From Phycisphaerales bacterium (GTDB lineage: Bacteria > Planctomycetota > Phycisphaerae > Phycisphaerales > UBA1924), in contig JBHIWH010000006.1 of assembly GCA_041987545.1 (NCBI GenBank), forward strand, positions 100,078 to 164,077: DNA of 64,000 nucleotides, written 5' to 3'. Below are positions 17,660 through 27,403 of the stretch, piece after piece (the stretch's first letter is position 1; the number at the start of each line of letters is the position of its first letter). The position numbers and the translations under genes are program-made. Below the pieces are notes generated by a model. That model worked only from the letters and a program-made list of their open reading frames with translations. It was not told the origin of the DNA and did no database searches.

Positions 17660-18679
17660 TTACATCCGCGCGTCGGGGCTCTCCCGGTGCTCGCGGAACC
17701 AGGCGATGGTGCGCTTCAGGCCCTCCTCGAAGCCGACCCTGGCCTGCCAGCCGATCAGCTCCTTGGCGCGGCTGACGTCGAGGCAGCGGCGGGGCTGGCC
17801 GTCGGGCTTGGTCGAGTCCCACCGGATCTTGGACTCGAGCTGCGCGTCGTCCTCGCAGAAACCAGTCAGGCGGGCGATGAGGTTGACCAGGTCTCGGATC
17901 GTGATCTCGAAGTTGGTGCCGAGGTTGATCGGGGTGGGGGTGTCCATGCGCTCGGCGGCGGTGAGCAGGCCGTCGGCGGCGTCCTCGACGAAGAGGAACT
18001 CGCGGCTGGCCGACCCGGTGCCCCAGACCTCGATCGTCTCGTCGCCCCGGTCCATCGCTTCCACGCACTTGCGGATGAGCGCGGGGATGACGTGCGAGGA
18101 GTGGAGGTTGAAGTTGTCCCACGGGCCGTAGAGGTTCACGGGCAGGACGTAGACGCCCTCGAAGCCGTACTGCATCTTGTACGCGTCGAGCATCTGCCAG
18201 GCGGCCTTCTTGGCGACGCCGTAGGGGGCGTTGGTTTCCTCGGGGTAGCCCTCCCAGAGGTTCTCTTCCTTGAAGGGGACGGGGGTGAACTTTGGGTAGG
18301 CGCAGATGGTCCCGATCTGGACGAATCGGCCGCCGCGGCCGTGCAAGCCGTGGACGCGGGCCTGCTCGATGAGGTGCATGGCCATGGCCATGTTGGCGTA
18401 GAAGTAGCGGCCCGGGTTCTCGCGGTTGGCGCCGATGCCCCCGACCTCGGCGGCGAGGTGGATGACCATGTTCCAGTCGCCGTTGAACGCGGTCTTGTAG
18501 AGGCGGTCCACGTCGGCCTTCTCGGTCAGGTCGTAGTCGTCGATCAGGGGGACCATGACGCGGTCCTTGGTCACGCCCCGGGCCTCGAGGCCCTCGAGGA
18601 CGTGGCGGCCCAGGAAGCCGGCGCCGCCGGTGACGATGACGCGGGCGTTGGACCAGTCGAAGGCGGCGTAGTCGGGCAT
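17660..18679 (-). CDS. fcl: GDP-L-fucose synthase
   Basis: VIVTGGAGFLG, NLYGPWDNFNLHSSHVIPALIRK, WGTGSASREFLFVEDAA and STKPDGQPRRCLDVSRAKELIGW align closely with E. coli Fcl from memory. Confidence 0.88.
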   Translation of the reverse strand: MPDYAAFDWSNARVIVTGGAGFLGRHVLEGLEARGVTKDRVMVPLIDDYDLTEKADVDRLYKTAFNGDWNMVIHLAAEVGGIGANRENPGRYFYANMAMAMHLIEQARVHGLHGRGGRFVQIGTICAYPKFTPVPFKEENLWEGYPEETNAPYGVAKKAAWQMLDAYKMQYGFEGVYVLPVNLYGPWDNFNLHSSHVIPALIRKCVEAMDRGDETIEVWGTGSASREFLFVEDAADGLLTAAERMDTPTPINLGTNFEITIRDLVNLIARLTGFCEDDAQLESKIRWDSTKPDGQPRRCLDVSRAKELIGWQARVGFEEGLKRTIAWFREHRESPDARM

Positions 18680-18780
18680 GGGGCGGCTCCTGCGTGCGGG
18701 GCCCGGCCTGGGGCCCGCGGGGGCGATGGTACGGGCGATTCTGGGCGAACGCCGGGCCGATCCCCGACGAACAAGTCGCC

Positions 18781-19950
18781 ATGAGCGGACAGCGCCCGAC
18801 GGGCGTCATCGCGTGGATTCGGCGTCGCCCGCTGTCGTGGGCGGCCAAGCTGTCGGCGCTGGCGGGGCTGGCGGCGGTGGGCGTGTGGGGTCTCGGGCGA
18901 GTCCTCAACGACGACCACGCCTGGAGCCAGTTCCTGTTCTGGATCCCGACGGTGCTGGTCGTCGCGCTGGCGTGGGTGATGGTGGTCGTGTCCGCGGCGT
19001 GCTCCAAGCTGTCGCTGCGGATGGGTGGCGTGATGCTCCGCCCGTTCCTGGCGCTGGTCTGCATCGGTCTGACCGGGTGGCTGCTGATCGGGGAGTGGGG
19101 GGTGCACCGGTACGCCGTGGGGCCCGAGGCCCGCGAGGACGACGTGCGCGTGCTGCACTGGAACATCTCGGTGGCGCGTCAGGCGCGGGGGGCGCCCGGG
19201 CAGGCGCTTGGCCCTCAGCCCGACATCGCGATCATCGCCAACATCCGCAACGACGAGTATCGCCAGCCGCTGCTGGACGCGCTGGCGACGCTGCTCCCGC
19301 CTGGCGAGGGAGAGGGCGGGGCGGAGGACGCGGGCGAGGGGGGCGGGGGCACGCCCGACCTGCACTTCATCCGGAGCGGGGCGCTGGTCGTGGTGTCCCG
19401 GTTCCCGATCCGGCGGTGGGGGGCGGCGCGGCTGGAGCCGGTCGAATCGAAGCTGGACGACTGGCGCTCGGGCTGGGACCCGGGGCGGGTGTTCTTCATC
19501 GAGATCGACGCGGGGCTGGGGGCCGGGCCCTTGACCGTCTGGGCGCTCGACCTGCCGTCGGACCCGACGATGTCGCGCGCGCAGGTGATGCGGGAGGCGG
19601 CCGCCGCGACGGGCGCGTGGGACGGGCCCGAGTTCTTCCCCGGGCGGGAGGGGGAGTGGGTCGCGGTGCTGCGGGACGACGAGGTGAGTTTTCCCGAGCC
19701 GGACCTGGTGGTCGGGGACTTCAACATCCCGCGCGGCTCGAGGTCGCTGCGGACGCTGGTGGGGGGCATGACCAACGCGTTCGAGGTGGCGGGCCGGGGG
19801 CCCGCGGGCTCGTGGCCGCGGAAGGCGCCCCTGTGGCACATCGACCAGGCATTCGTGGGCGACCGGGTCGAGGCGACGCGGTACCGGCTCGAGGACCCGG
19901 GGCTGGGCGAGCACCGGATGCAGGTGATCGACCTGCGGGCGGGCGAGTAG
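18781..19950 (+). CDS. endonuclease/exonuclease/phosphatase (EEP) family membrane protein
   Basis: N-terminal TM helices are followed by an EEP core (VRVLHWNI..., DLVVGDFNIPRGSRSL, HIDQAFVG, EHRMQVIDL). ATG 18781 was chosen to avoid overlapping the fcl start. Confidence 0.7.
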   Translation: MSGQRPTGVIAWIRRRPLSWAAKLSALAGLAAVGVWGLGRVLNDDHAWSQFLFWIPTVLVVALAWVMVVVSAACSKLSLRMGGVMLRPFLALVCIGLTGWLLIGEWGVHRYAVGPEAREDDVRVLHWNISVARQARGAPGQALGPQPDIAIIANIRNDEYRQPLLDALATLLPPGEGEGGAEDAGEGGGGTPDLHFIRSGALVVVSRFPIRRWGAARLEPVESKLDDWRSGWDPGRVFFIEIDAGLGAGPLTVWALDLPSDPTMSRAQVMREAAAATGAWDGPEFFPGREGEWVAVLRDDEVSFPEPDLVVGDFNIPRGSRSLRTLVGGMTNAFEVAGRGPAGSWPRKAPLWHIDQAFVGDRVEATRYRLEDPGLGEHRMQVIDLRAGE

Positions 19951-19956
19951 CGCGGG

Positions 19957-21237
19957 CTAGGCGCCCGGGGGATCCTGGGTGGGGAAGAGCATCGTGATCT
20001 GGGAGCCGTAGAGCGGGTACTCGATCCGCGTGCGGAAGACCTCGAAGGACGAGGGGTCCCAGCCGAGGCGTCGGCAGACGTCGGCGGTCATCTGGGCGTG
20101 ACGGGGGACGCCGGGCGCGCGGGCGCGGGCGATGCCGAGCCCGAGGGCGTCGATGGTCTCGGCCAGATCGAGCCGATCGATGTCCCGCGCGGGATCGTTG
20201 GCGTTGGCGATGCCGTCGAACGAGGTGTCGTAGACCCGCAGCTCGGCCGGTCCGGTGACCAGATCCCTGTGGATGAACGCGTCGAGGATGAGCGTCTTGG
20301 AGGGGACGGAGACCTCGGCGTAGACAAAGCGCCTGCGGCCCGCGCTGGCCGGGACGTAGCGGGGCATGTCGCCCGCGCCCAGCTCGGCGAAGACGACGTC
20401 GGCGGCGGTCGAGGCGCCGAAGGACTCGCCCCCCAGCGTGCAGTGCGTCGAGCCGCCGACGCGCTCGAAGGCGATGGGCGGCATCGGATCGGAGCAGAAC
20501 TCATCGAGGAGGAGTGAGCGGGGAGCGGTCGCGGACTCGCCGGAGATCGCGCGGGTCGGCGCCGCGTCCGGCTCATCGCGCATCCAGCGGGCGGCGAGCT
20601 TGACGGTCGCGCCCGGGCGGAGGCGCTGCACGCCGAACAACGCGTTGAGCCAGGCGATGTCGATGGTCTGGCCGTCGGCGCCCGGGTGGAGGAAGACGCC
20701 GGCGTAGAGCGTCTCGGCCTGGGCGCCCTTGAGCTGGCTGAGGGCGCGGAACGCGGACTGCTTGCGGCGGAGCTCGAACTCGCGGCGCGCCTCGGGGACC
20801 CAGGCGCTGAGCACCGCGTCGAGCGCGCTGCGGTCGCCCGCCTCGTGCCGGATGAGGCGCTCGAACGTATCGACCGCCTCGCGGGCACGGACCGCGGCGT
20901 CCGCGGCGGCGCCGGCGCGCTCGGCCCGGCGGACCACGCGGCGGAGGGGCTCTGGCCCGGGCGCCCGGTGGATGGCCTCCAGAGCGTCGGCCGCCCGGCT
21001 CATCTTGAGCACGCGGCTGGCCAGGACCTTGTCGATGCCCAGCAGCGTCGCCAGGGCCTGGGGGCCCGGGGCGGGCGCCGGCAGGGACTGGAACAGCTCG
21101 CCCACCGACGAGAGCAGCTCAGCGCCGACCTCCTGGGTGCGGGCCTCCAGGCCGGTGTCGGCGACGGCGCGGGCGTCGCTCTCGTGGATCTCGGGGAGGG
21201 GCGGCACGGCTGTTGGAATCTCCAAATGCCTATTCAC
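19957..21237 (-). CDS. hypothetical protein (no domain recognised)
   Basis: This is a 426-aa ORF with coding-like composition, unlike the Arg/Pro-rich alternative frames. It fills the gap between two called genes. No motif was recognised. Confidence 0.55.
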   Translation of the reverse strand: MNRHLEIPTAVPPLPEIHESDARAVADTGLEARTQEVGAELLSSVGELFQSLPAPAPGPQALATLLGIDKVLASRVLKMSRAADALEAIHRAPGPEPLRRVVRRAERAGAAADAAVRAREAVDTFERLIRHEAGDRSALDAVLSAWVPEARREFELRRKQSAFRALSQLKGAQAETLYAGVFLHPGADGQTIDIAWLNALFGVQRLRPGATVKLAARWMRDEPDAAPTRAISGESATAPRSLLLDEFCSDPMPPIAFERVGGSTHCTLGGESFGASTAADVVFAELGAGDMPRYVPASAGRRRFVYAEVSVPSKTLILDAFIHRDLVTGPAELRVYDTSFDGIANANDPARDIDRLDLAETIDALGLGIARARAPGVPRHAQMTADVCRRLGWDPSSFEVFRTRIEYPLYGSQITMLFPTQDPPGA

Positions 21238-21512
21238 AGGCTATTTGCGATCGTGTGGCCCTCGAGTCGGGCGGATGACGCCTGGGAGTATACGGCCCGG
21301 ACCGGGGGGTGGAAGATATTCTCAGAAGTTTCCAGGAAACTATCGACCCCGGGGCGTGGCTTGCGTACAACGGTGTCCAGGGGCGGGGCGGCGTCGGGTC
21401 CGGAGGGGCCGCGTCGGTACCCCGGGCAGACGGATGAGGACGGGCGCCCGCACCCGGGCGACGGAACACACACACGGATTCACACGGACGCACTCGAGTT
21501 AGGAGACACACG

Positions 21513-22361
21513 ATGAAGAGCACGATCTGCATGCTGGCCCTGGCGGGCCTGGTGGGTGGGGCGTCGGCCGACGACGTGGTCGTCAGCTTCGCCAACGGCA
21601 ACGAGGGCTGGTCGATCAACGGGTGGACGACGCCCGACGTGGCCGGCGGCAACCCCAACGAGAACCTGCACTGGGCGAACTTCGTCGAGACGTTCGGCCT
21701 GGAACTCCGCACGGACGACCTCAACCCCAACACCGACTTCGTGCAGGACCTGACCGCGTTCGACAGCGTGACGCTGAGCGTGGACGTGCTGGTGAACTTC
21801 ATCCAGTTCTTCGGCAGCCCCGTGAGCCGCAACTGGATCGTCGAGATCCGTGACTACGACAACGTCACGACCGGGTACCCGTACTGCTCGGTCTGGATCA
21901 GCGTCGGCACGCTCGACGGGACGCCGACCGAGGGCGGCTGGAACACGTACTCGGTCACGTTCGACCCCAACTCGGCCGAGATGCCCGCGGGCTGGGGCGG
22001 GACGGGCGACGAGCATCCGGACACGTTCGAGCCGCAGCTGCCGGGGGACCGGACGTTCGCGAGCGTGATGGAGGGCGTGGACCAGATCCTGTTCACGACG
22101 TATGAGCCCGGGTTCTTCTACGGGTTCACGAACTTCGACATCCAGGTGGACAACGTGCGGATCCAGACGTCGGCCGCGGGCGGGTGCAACGGCGCCGACC
22201 TGGCCGAGCCCTTCGGGCAGCTGGACTTCTCCGACGTCTCGGCGTTCCTGGTCGCCTTCGGCGCCATGGACGGGGCGGCGGACCTGGCCGAGCCCTTCGG
22301 TCAGTGGGACTTCTCCGACGTGGTGGAGTTCCTGGGCCAGTTCAGCGACGGCTGCCCCTGA
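21513..22361 (+). CDS. secreted protein with a C-terminal tandem dockerin-like module bracketed by Cys (GC-type dockerin-like anchor)
   Basis: The signal peptide is MKSTICMLALAGLVGGASA, and taggag lies upstream of the ATG. The C-terminus is GCNGADLAEPFGQLDFSDVSAFLVAFGAMDGAADLAEPFGQWDFSDVVEFLGQFSDGCP. Confidence 0.8.
   Translation: MKSTICMLALAGLVGGASADDVVVSFANGNEGWSINGWTTPDVAGGNPNENLHWANFVETFGLELRTDDLNPNTDFVQDLTAFDSVTLSVDVLVNFIQFFGSPVSRNWIVEIRDYDNVTTGYPYCSVWISVGTLDGTPTEGGWNTYSVTFDPNSAEMPAGWGGTGDEHPDTFEPQLPGDRTFASVMEGVDQILFTTYEPGFFYGFTNFDIQVDNVRIQTSAAGGCNGADLAEPFGQLDFSDVSAFLVAFGAMDGAADLAEPFGQWDFSDVVEFLGQFSDGCP
22197..22321 (+). repeat. two 41-nt direct repeats (22197-22237 and 22281-22321, 38/41 identical, 84-nt period) encoding the two halves of the dockerin-like module
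   Basis: The two repeats are gacctggccgagcccttcgggcagctggacttctccgacgt and gacctggccgagcccttcggtcagtgggacttctccgacgt. Confidence 0.85.
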
Positions 22362-22396
22362 GCCCGCACAGATACTGCTTCTGAACTGACAACTCA

Positions 22397-22436
22397 CGCG
22401 GCGCTCGGGCTCGACCCGGGTGCCGCGTTGTTGTTG
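22397..22436 (+). terminator. rho-independent terminator-like hairpin between convergent genes
   Basis: The outer stem is cgcggc...gccgcg and the inner stem is cggg-ctcga-cccg. The hairpin is followed by ttgttgttg. Confidence 0.5.
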
Positions 22437-22453
22437 CGCATGGGGGCGAGCGG

Positions 22454-23779
22454 TCAGGCCTGGACGACGTCGGCGGCGACTTGGCCCAGTGACCGCATGC
22501 GGCCTCGGGCGTCGATGACGAGGCGGGCGCTGGCGCCGATCATGGGCCAGTCGAACGCGTCGTGGTCGGTCGCGACGACGACGGCGTCGTACGACGCAAG
22601 CGCCTCGGGCGTGGTCTCGACGGCGGCCATGCCCAGGTCGCCCCGGCGGCCCGGGTGCGTCGAGGGCACGTGCGGGTCGGCGTAGTCGATGTGGGCGACG
22701 TGGTCGCGGAGCAGGCGGATGATCTCGAAGCTGGGGCTCTCGCGGACGTCGTCGATGTTCTTCTTGTATGCCAGGCCCAGGACGAGCACCCGGGCCGACG
22801 CGGGGTCGGCGCCGCGGTCGCGGAGGGCGTCGATGGTCTTGGCGACGACGCGGGCGGGCATGGCGTGGTTGACCTCGCCGGCGAGGGCGATGAAGCGGGC
22901 GTCGGCGCCGGCTTGCTGTGCGCGCCAGGCGAGGTAGTAGGGGTCGATGGGGATGCAGTGCCCGCCCATGCCGGGCCCCGGGTCGAAGCGCTGGAAGCCG
23001 AAGGGCTTGGTGGCGGCGGCGTCGATGACCTCCCAGGCGTCGATGCCGAGCTTCTCGAGGACGACCTTCATCTCGTTGACCAGGGCGATGTTGACCGAGC
23101 GGTAGACGTTCTCGAGAAGCTTGGCGGCCTCGGCGACCTCGGGGCAGGAGACGGGGACGACGGTCTCGACGGCGGCGGCGTAGAGCGTCCGGGCGAGCTC
23201 GCCCGACGGCTCGTCGAGCCCGCCGACGAGCTTGGGCAGCTTCTGTGCCGTGCGCCCGGGCGTGCCCGGGTCCTCACGCTCGGGGGAGAAGGCGAGGAAG
23301 AAGTCCTGGTTGAGTCTCAAGCCAGACGCGGCGAGGCGCGGCAGGACGACGTCCCGCGTCGTGCCCGGGTACGTCGTCGATTCGAGGACGACGAGCTGGC
23401 CCGGGCGGAGCGTCGTCGCGATGCGGTCGATCGTCTGCTCGACGTACGACAGGTCGGGCTCGCGGGACTCGGTCAGGGGCGTGGGGACGCAGACGAGCAC
23501 GGCGTCGGGCTCGGCGAGGCGCGAGAAGTCGTCGGTCGCCTGGAATCGGCCCGAGTCGAGCAGGCGGCGGGCAAGGCCAGGCTCGGGGTGCTTGAGGTAG
23601 TCGCGGCCGGCGCGGAGGGCCTGGATTTTTTGAGGGTCGATGTCGAAGCCGAGGGTGGGGAAGCCGGCGTCGTGGAAGGCGCGGATGAGGGGGAGGCCGA
23701 CGTACCCGAGGCCGACGACGCCGACGAGGGCGTCCCGGGACTGGATGCGTTGGAGGAGGTCGGCGCGGGGGTCCGGCAT
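22454..23779 (-). CDS. nucleotide sugar dehydrogenase (UDP-N-acetyl-D-glucosamine / -mannosamine 6-dehydrogenase type)
   Basis: It has VGVVGLGYVGLPL (NAD fold) and a catalytic-Cys region GMGGHCIPIDP. Its size is that of the WecC/WbpA/TviB group. Confidence 0.88.
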   Translation of the reverse strand: MPDPRADLLQRIQSRDALVGVVGLGYVGLPLIRAFHDAGFPTLGFDIDPQKIQALRAGRDYLKHPEPGLARRLLDSGRFQATDDFSRLAEPDAVLVCVPTPLTESREPDLSYVEQTIDRIATTLRPGQLVVLESTTYPGTTRDVVLPRLAASGLRLNQDFFLAFSPEREDPGTPGRTAQKLPKLVGGLDEPSGELARTLYAAAVETVVPVSCPEVAEAAKLLENVYRSVNIALVNEMKVVLEKLGIDAWEVIDAAATKPFGFQRFDPGPGMGGHCIPIDPYYLAWRAQQAGADARFIALAGEVNHAMPARVVAKTIDALRDRGADPASARVLVLGLAYKKNIDDVRESPSFEIIRLLRDHVAHIDYADPHVPSTHPGRRGDLGMAAVETTPEALASYDAVVVATDHDAFDWPMIGASARLVIDARGRMRSLGQVAADVVQA

Positions 23780-23814
23780 CGCTGATTATTGCGGGGCCGG
23801 GCGGGCGGCCGGGA

Positions 23815-25002
23815 TCAGGCCGCGAGCTTGCGGGTGACGATGCGTTCGTAGCGGGAGGTCATGGACTCGAGGGAGTACTTGTCGAGGGCGTCGGCGCGGG
23901 CGTTCTCGCCCATGAGGGGCCAGCGGCCGCGGTCGTCGATCGCCCGGCGGATGCCGGCCTTGAAGCCTTCGACTGTCGGCTCGGTGACGTGCCAGCCGGT
24001 CTGGGCGTCGGTCACGGTCTCGGCGGGCCCGCCGGAGGCGTGGACGAGGACGGGCTTGCGCATCATCATCGCCTCGACGACCGAGAGGCCGAAGGGCTCG
24101 GGGTCGATGCGTGCGTTGATGGGGATGTCGATGAGCCCGTAGTAGCGCTCGGGGTCGGGGACCTCGCCGAACATGTGCAGGTGGTGGGGGCGGCCGAAGC
24201 GCTGGGCGATCTCGGAGAGGCGGACGGCGTCGGCGCCCTGGGTCGGTCCGCCCAGCAGGACCAGGTGCAGGGGGACGCCCAGCTCCCTCTCGAGCTGGAG
24301 GGCGGCCTCCAGAACGACATGCTGGCCCTTGCTGGCGCAGATCCGCGCGAGGATGCCGAGGGTGACCGCGTCCTCGGGGATGCCGGCCTCGGCGCGCGAG
24401 AAGGGGATGACGATGTCGGGGTTGAAGCGCTGGGCATCGACGCCGAGGTGGAAGACGATGGGCGTGACGAGGCCCTTGCCGAGCGTGGAGGCGGTGAAGG
24501 CGGAGTTGGAGAGGGGCTGGACGCCGTAGCGCTTGCACATGGCGCGGAGGACGATCTTGTTAATGCCGAGCGGGTAGTTGTCGCCCACGTAGTTGGGCAT
24601 CTCCCAGAAGCACGGGACGTCGAGCGACCTGGCCAGGCCGCCGGCGATGGGGACGAGGTTGGGCTGGAGGAAGTGGACGGCGTCGGGCTTGTCGCGGCCG
24701 AGGGCGAGGCGGATCTCCTTGACGGCGCGGCGGCGGTACGCGAAGAGGTCCTTGAAGATGAGGGCGCGGTCCTTGAGCGAACCGGTGATCTTGGGCGGGG
24801 GCTCGAGGCCGACGGTGAGATTCTCGAAGCCGAGCTCGTCGCACTCGTCGGCGAAGGGCCCGTGGGCGAGCGAGATGATCTGGGGGGTCCATCCGCGGGC
24901 GCGGAGGCCGCCGGCGAGGTTGAGGATCGCGGCCCGCAGGCCGTAGACCTCGACCCCGGCACAGACCCAGGCGATGCGGCGTGACGACGTGAACGCGTCC
25001 AT
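23815..25002 (-). CDS. glycosyltransferase family 4 (GT-B, group 1)
   Basis: The C-terminal E-x7-E-type region is EPFGLSVVEAMMMRKPVLVHASGGPAETV. The start was set at MDAFTSSRRIAWV; upstream of it the track ORF is Arg/Pro-rich. Confidence 0.85.
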   Translation of the reverse strand: MDAFTSSRRIAWVCAGVEVYGLRAAILNLAGGLRARGWTPQIISLAHGPFADECDELGFENLTVGLEPPPKITGSLKDRALIFKDLFAYRRRAVKEIRLALGRDKPDAVHFLQPNLVPIAGGLARSLDVPCFWEMPNYVGDNYPLGINKIVLRAMCKRYGVQPLSNSAFTASTLGKGLVTPIVFHLGVDAQRFNPDIVIPFSRAEAGIPEDAVTLGILARICASKGQHVVLEAALQLERELGVPLHLVLLGGPTQGADAVRLSEIAQRFGRPHHLHMFGEVPDPERYYGLIDIPINARIDPEPFGLSVVEAMMMRKPVLVHASGGPAETVTDAQTGWHVTEPTVEGFKAGIRRAIDDRGRWPLMGENARADALDKYSLESMTSRYERIVTRKLAA

Positions 25003-25238
25003 GCGGCTCGACCCCTTGCGTGGGGCCGGGCGTGGCCCCGGGCGTCGGATCGGGCCGCGGCGCGGGCGGATCGAGGCGTGTGCGCGATGGGGCTCGCCGG
25101 GGGGACGGCATGGATCGGGCGGGGCGCGTCGGAGGGCCCGATAACTGCGGCCCGGCACGCGAGGAACGGCGAACGCTGACGGGGCTCGGGCGTACGATCG
25201 CCAGAACGCCCCGGTACGGGGCCCGGGAGCCCTTGCCC

Positions 25239-26195
25239 ATGGCCGAGAGCGTGCTCATCACCGGCGGGGCCGGGTTCATTGGGTCGCACACCGCCGAGCG
25301 GCTGGCCAGCAGCGGCGCCCGGGTCGTGGTGCTGGACAACTTCTGTGACTTCTACGACCCGGCGATCAAGCGGGCGCGGGCCGAGCGGCTGGCCGGCTTG
25401 GGCGTGGACGTGCGCGAGGGGGACATCCGCGACGCCGCGCTGGTCTCGGCGCTGCACGAGGAGGCCCGTCCGGGAACGGTCGTGCACATCGCGGCGATGG
25501 CGGGTGTGCGGCCGTCCATCGAGGACCCGAAGCTGTACGCCGAGGTCAACGTGGACGGGACGGTGAACCTGCTGGACGCGGCGGTCGCGTCGGGAGTCAA
25601 GAAGTTCGTCTTCGCGTCCAGCTCGAGCGTGTACGGCAACAACGAAAAGGTCCCGTTCGCCGAGGGCGATCCCGTGGACGAGCCGATCAGCCCGTACGCG
25701 GCGACCAAGCGCGCGTGCGAGCTGCTCGCGCACACGTACTGGCATCTGCACAAGCTGCCCGTGACGTGCCTTCGGTTCTTTACGGTCTTCGGCCCCGGGC
25801 AGCGGCCCGACCTGGCGATCGCCAAGTTCCTGCGGATGATCGAGTCGGGCGAGGAGATCCCGTTCTTCGGCGACGGGTCCACCAGCCGCGACTACACGTA
25901 CATCGACGACATCGTGGACGGGATCGTCGCGGCGATCGATCGGTGCGAGGGGTTCGACATCTACAACCTCGGGGGCTCGAGCCCGGTGACGCTGGCCGAG
26001 CTGGTCGCGGAGATCGAGAAGGTGGTCGGGCGCGACGCGGTCCTGGACCGCCGGCCGGCGCAGCCGGGCGACGTCGAAAGGACGTACGCGGACCTGACGC
26101 GGGTGCGCGCCGGGCTCGGGTACGAGCCGAAGATCTCACTGGGCGAGGGGATCCGGCGTCAGTGGGAGGCGTCGAGGGGGGCGGCGCCGGCCTGA
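25239..26195 (+). CDS. NAD-dependent epimerase/dehydratase, UDP-glucuronate 4-epimerase-like (CapI/LpsL type)
   Basis: VLITGGAGFIGSH, DNFCDFYDPAIKRARAERL, SSSSVYG and YAATKRACE (YxxxK) are present. The start was set at MAESV. Confidence 0.85.
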   Translation: MAESVLITGGAGFIGSHTAERLASSGARVVVLDNFCDFYDPAIKRARAERLAGLGVDVREGDIRDAALVSALHEEARPGTVVHIAAMAGVRPSIEDPKLYAEVNVDGTVNLLDAAVASGVKKFVFASSSSVYGNNEKVPFAEGDPVDEPISPYAATKRACELLAHTYWHLHKLPVTCLRFFTVFGPGQRPDLAIAKFLRMIESGEEIPFFGDGSTSRDYTYIDDIVDGIVAAIDRCEGFDIYNLGGSSPVTLAELVAEIEKVVGRDAVLDRRPAQPGDVERTYADLTRVRAGLGYEPKISLGEGIRRQWEASRGAAPA

Positions 26196-27403
26196 CCGGC
26201 GCGTGAGGCGGCGATGGCCCGCTCGAGGATCCGCTCGTAGACCTCGACGAGCGCCCGCATCGTGAAGCTGGACAGCGAGTGCTCGCGGGCCGCCTCGCCC
26301 ATCTCGGGCCAGCGGGGGCGGTCGGCGACGGCGCGGCGGAGGCCGCCCGCGAACGACTCGGCGCTCGGGTCGTGGATGTGCCACCCGGTGCGTCCGTCGA
26401 TGACGGTCTCGGCGGGCCCGCCGAGGGCGTGGACGAGCACGGGGACGCGCATCGCCATCGACTCGGTGACCGAGAGGCCGAAGGGCTCGGGATCCACGCG
26501 GCTGTTCACGGAGAAGTCGAGGAAGCCGTAGTACCGCTCGGGGTCATCGACGAACGGCTGGAGATGCACGCGGTCGGCCAGGCCCAGCGTCTCGATGCGC
26601 TCGTTGAGGTGGTCGAGGAACTCGGGCTCGCGGGGGGCCGAGCCCAGGATGAACAGATGAAGGTCGGGGATCTCGTCGCGGACGATCGCGAGTGCTTCGA
26701 CGAGCCGGTCCTGGCCCTTGGAGGAATCCAGGCGGCTGAAGACGCCGGCGACGATCGCGTCGTCGGGGATGCCGACCTCGGCGCGGGAGACGGGCGTGAC
26801 GGCGTCGGGGTCGAAGCGTCGCTCGCTGATGGGGACGTAGAGGATCTCCGAGCTCACGCCCCGGCCATCGAGCGTCGAGGCGGTGAAACGGCTGTTGGCC
26901 AGTGGCGTGACGTTGCGCGAGCGGCACGTGTACTGCCACAGGCGGCGGTTGATGCCCAGCGGGAAGCGGTCGGAGACGATGTTGGGCATGTGCCAGAGCG
27001 TGGGCAGGCCGACACTGTGCGCCCCGCGGGCGCCGACGGGGACGAGGTTGGGCCAGCGGACGTGCAGGGCGTCGGCGTTGCGGGCGCGGAGGATGTCGGC
27101 GATGCGGGGGGCGACGCGGGCGGCGTACCGCCAGAGCCTGAAGGCGGCGAAGAGCTTGCCCGGGACGCTGCCGATCAGGGGCGGGGGCAGGCCCCGGCCG
27201 AGCATCTCGACGTCGAAGCCGGCTTTCTTGACGTCCTCGACCATCTCGCCGTCGACGAAGGCGATCGCGAAGACGCGGTGCCCGCGGTCGCGGAGCTCGT
27301 CCATGAGGCCGAGGGTTCCTCGGCGGACGCCGTAGGCGTCGATGCCGGAGATGAGGAAGGCGACGGTGCGGCGTGGCGGTTCGCTGGCGGGGGGCTGGGT
27401 CAT
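26159..27403 (-). CDS. glycosyltransferase family 4 (GT-B, group 1)
   Basis: EPFGLSVTESMAMRVPVLVHALGGPAETV is present, and the protein is a paralogue of the 23815-25002 product. Its 3' end overlaps the convergent epimerase gene by 37 nt. Confidence 0.85.
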   Translation of the reverse strand: MTQPPASEPPRRTVAFLISGIDAYGVRRGTLGLMDELRDRGHRVFAIAFVDGEMVEDVKKAGFDVEMLGRGLPPPLIGSVPGKLFAAFRLWRYAARVAPRIADILRARNADALHVRWPNLVPVGARGAHSVGLPTLWHMPNIVSDRFPLGINRRLWQYTCRSRNVTPLANSRFTASTLDGRGVSSEILYVPISERRFDPDAVTPVSRAEVGIPDDAIVAGVFSRLDSSKGQDRLVEALAIVRDEIPDLHLFILGSAPREPEFLDHLNERIETLGLADRVHLQPFVDDPERYYGFLDFSVNSRVDPEPFGLSVTESMAMRVPVLVHALGGPAETVIDGRTGWHIHDPSAESFAGGLRRAVADRPRWPEMGEAAREHSLSSFTMRALVEVYERILERAIAASRAGQAGAAPLDASH

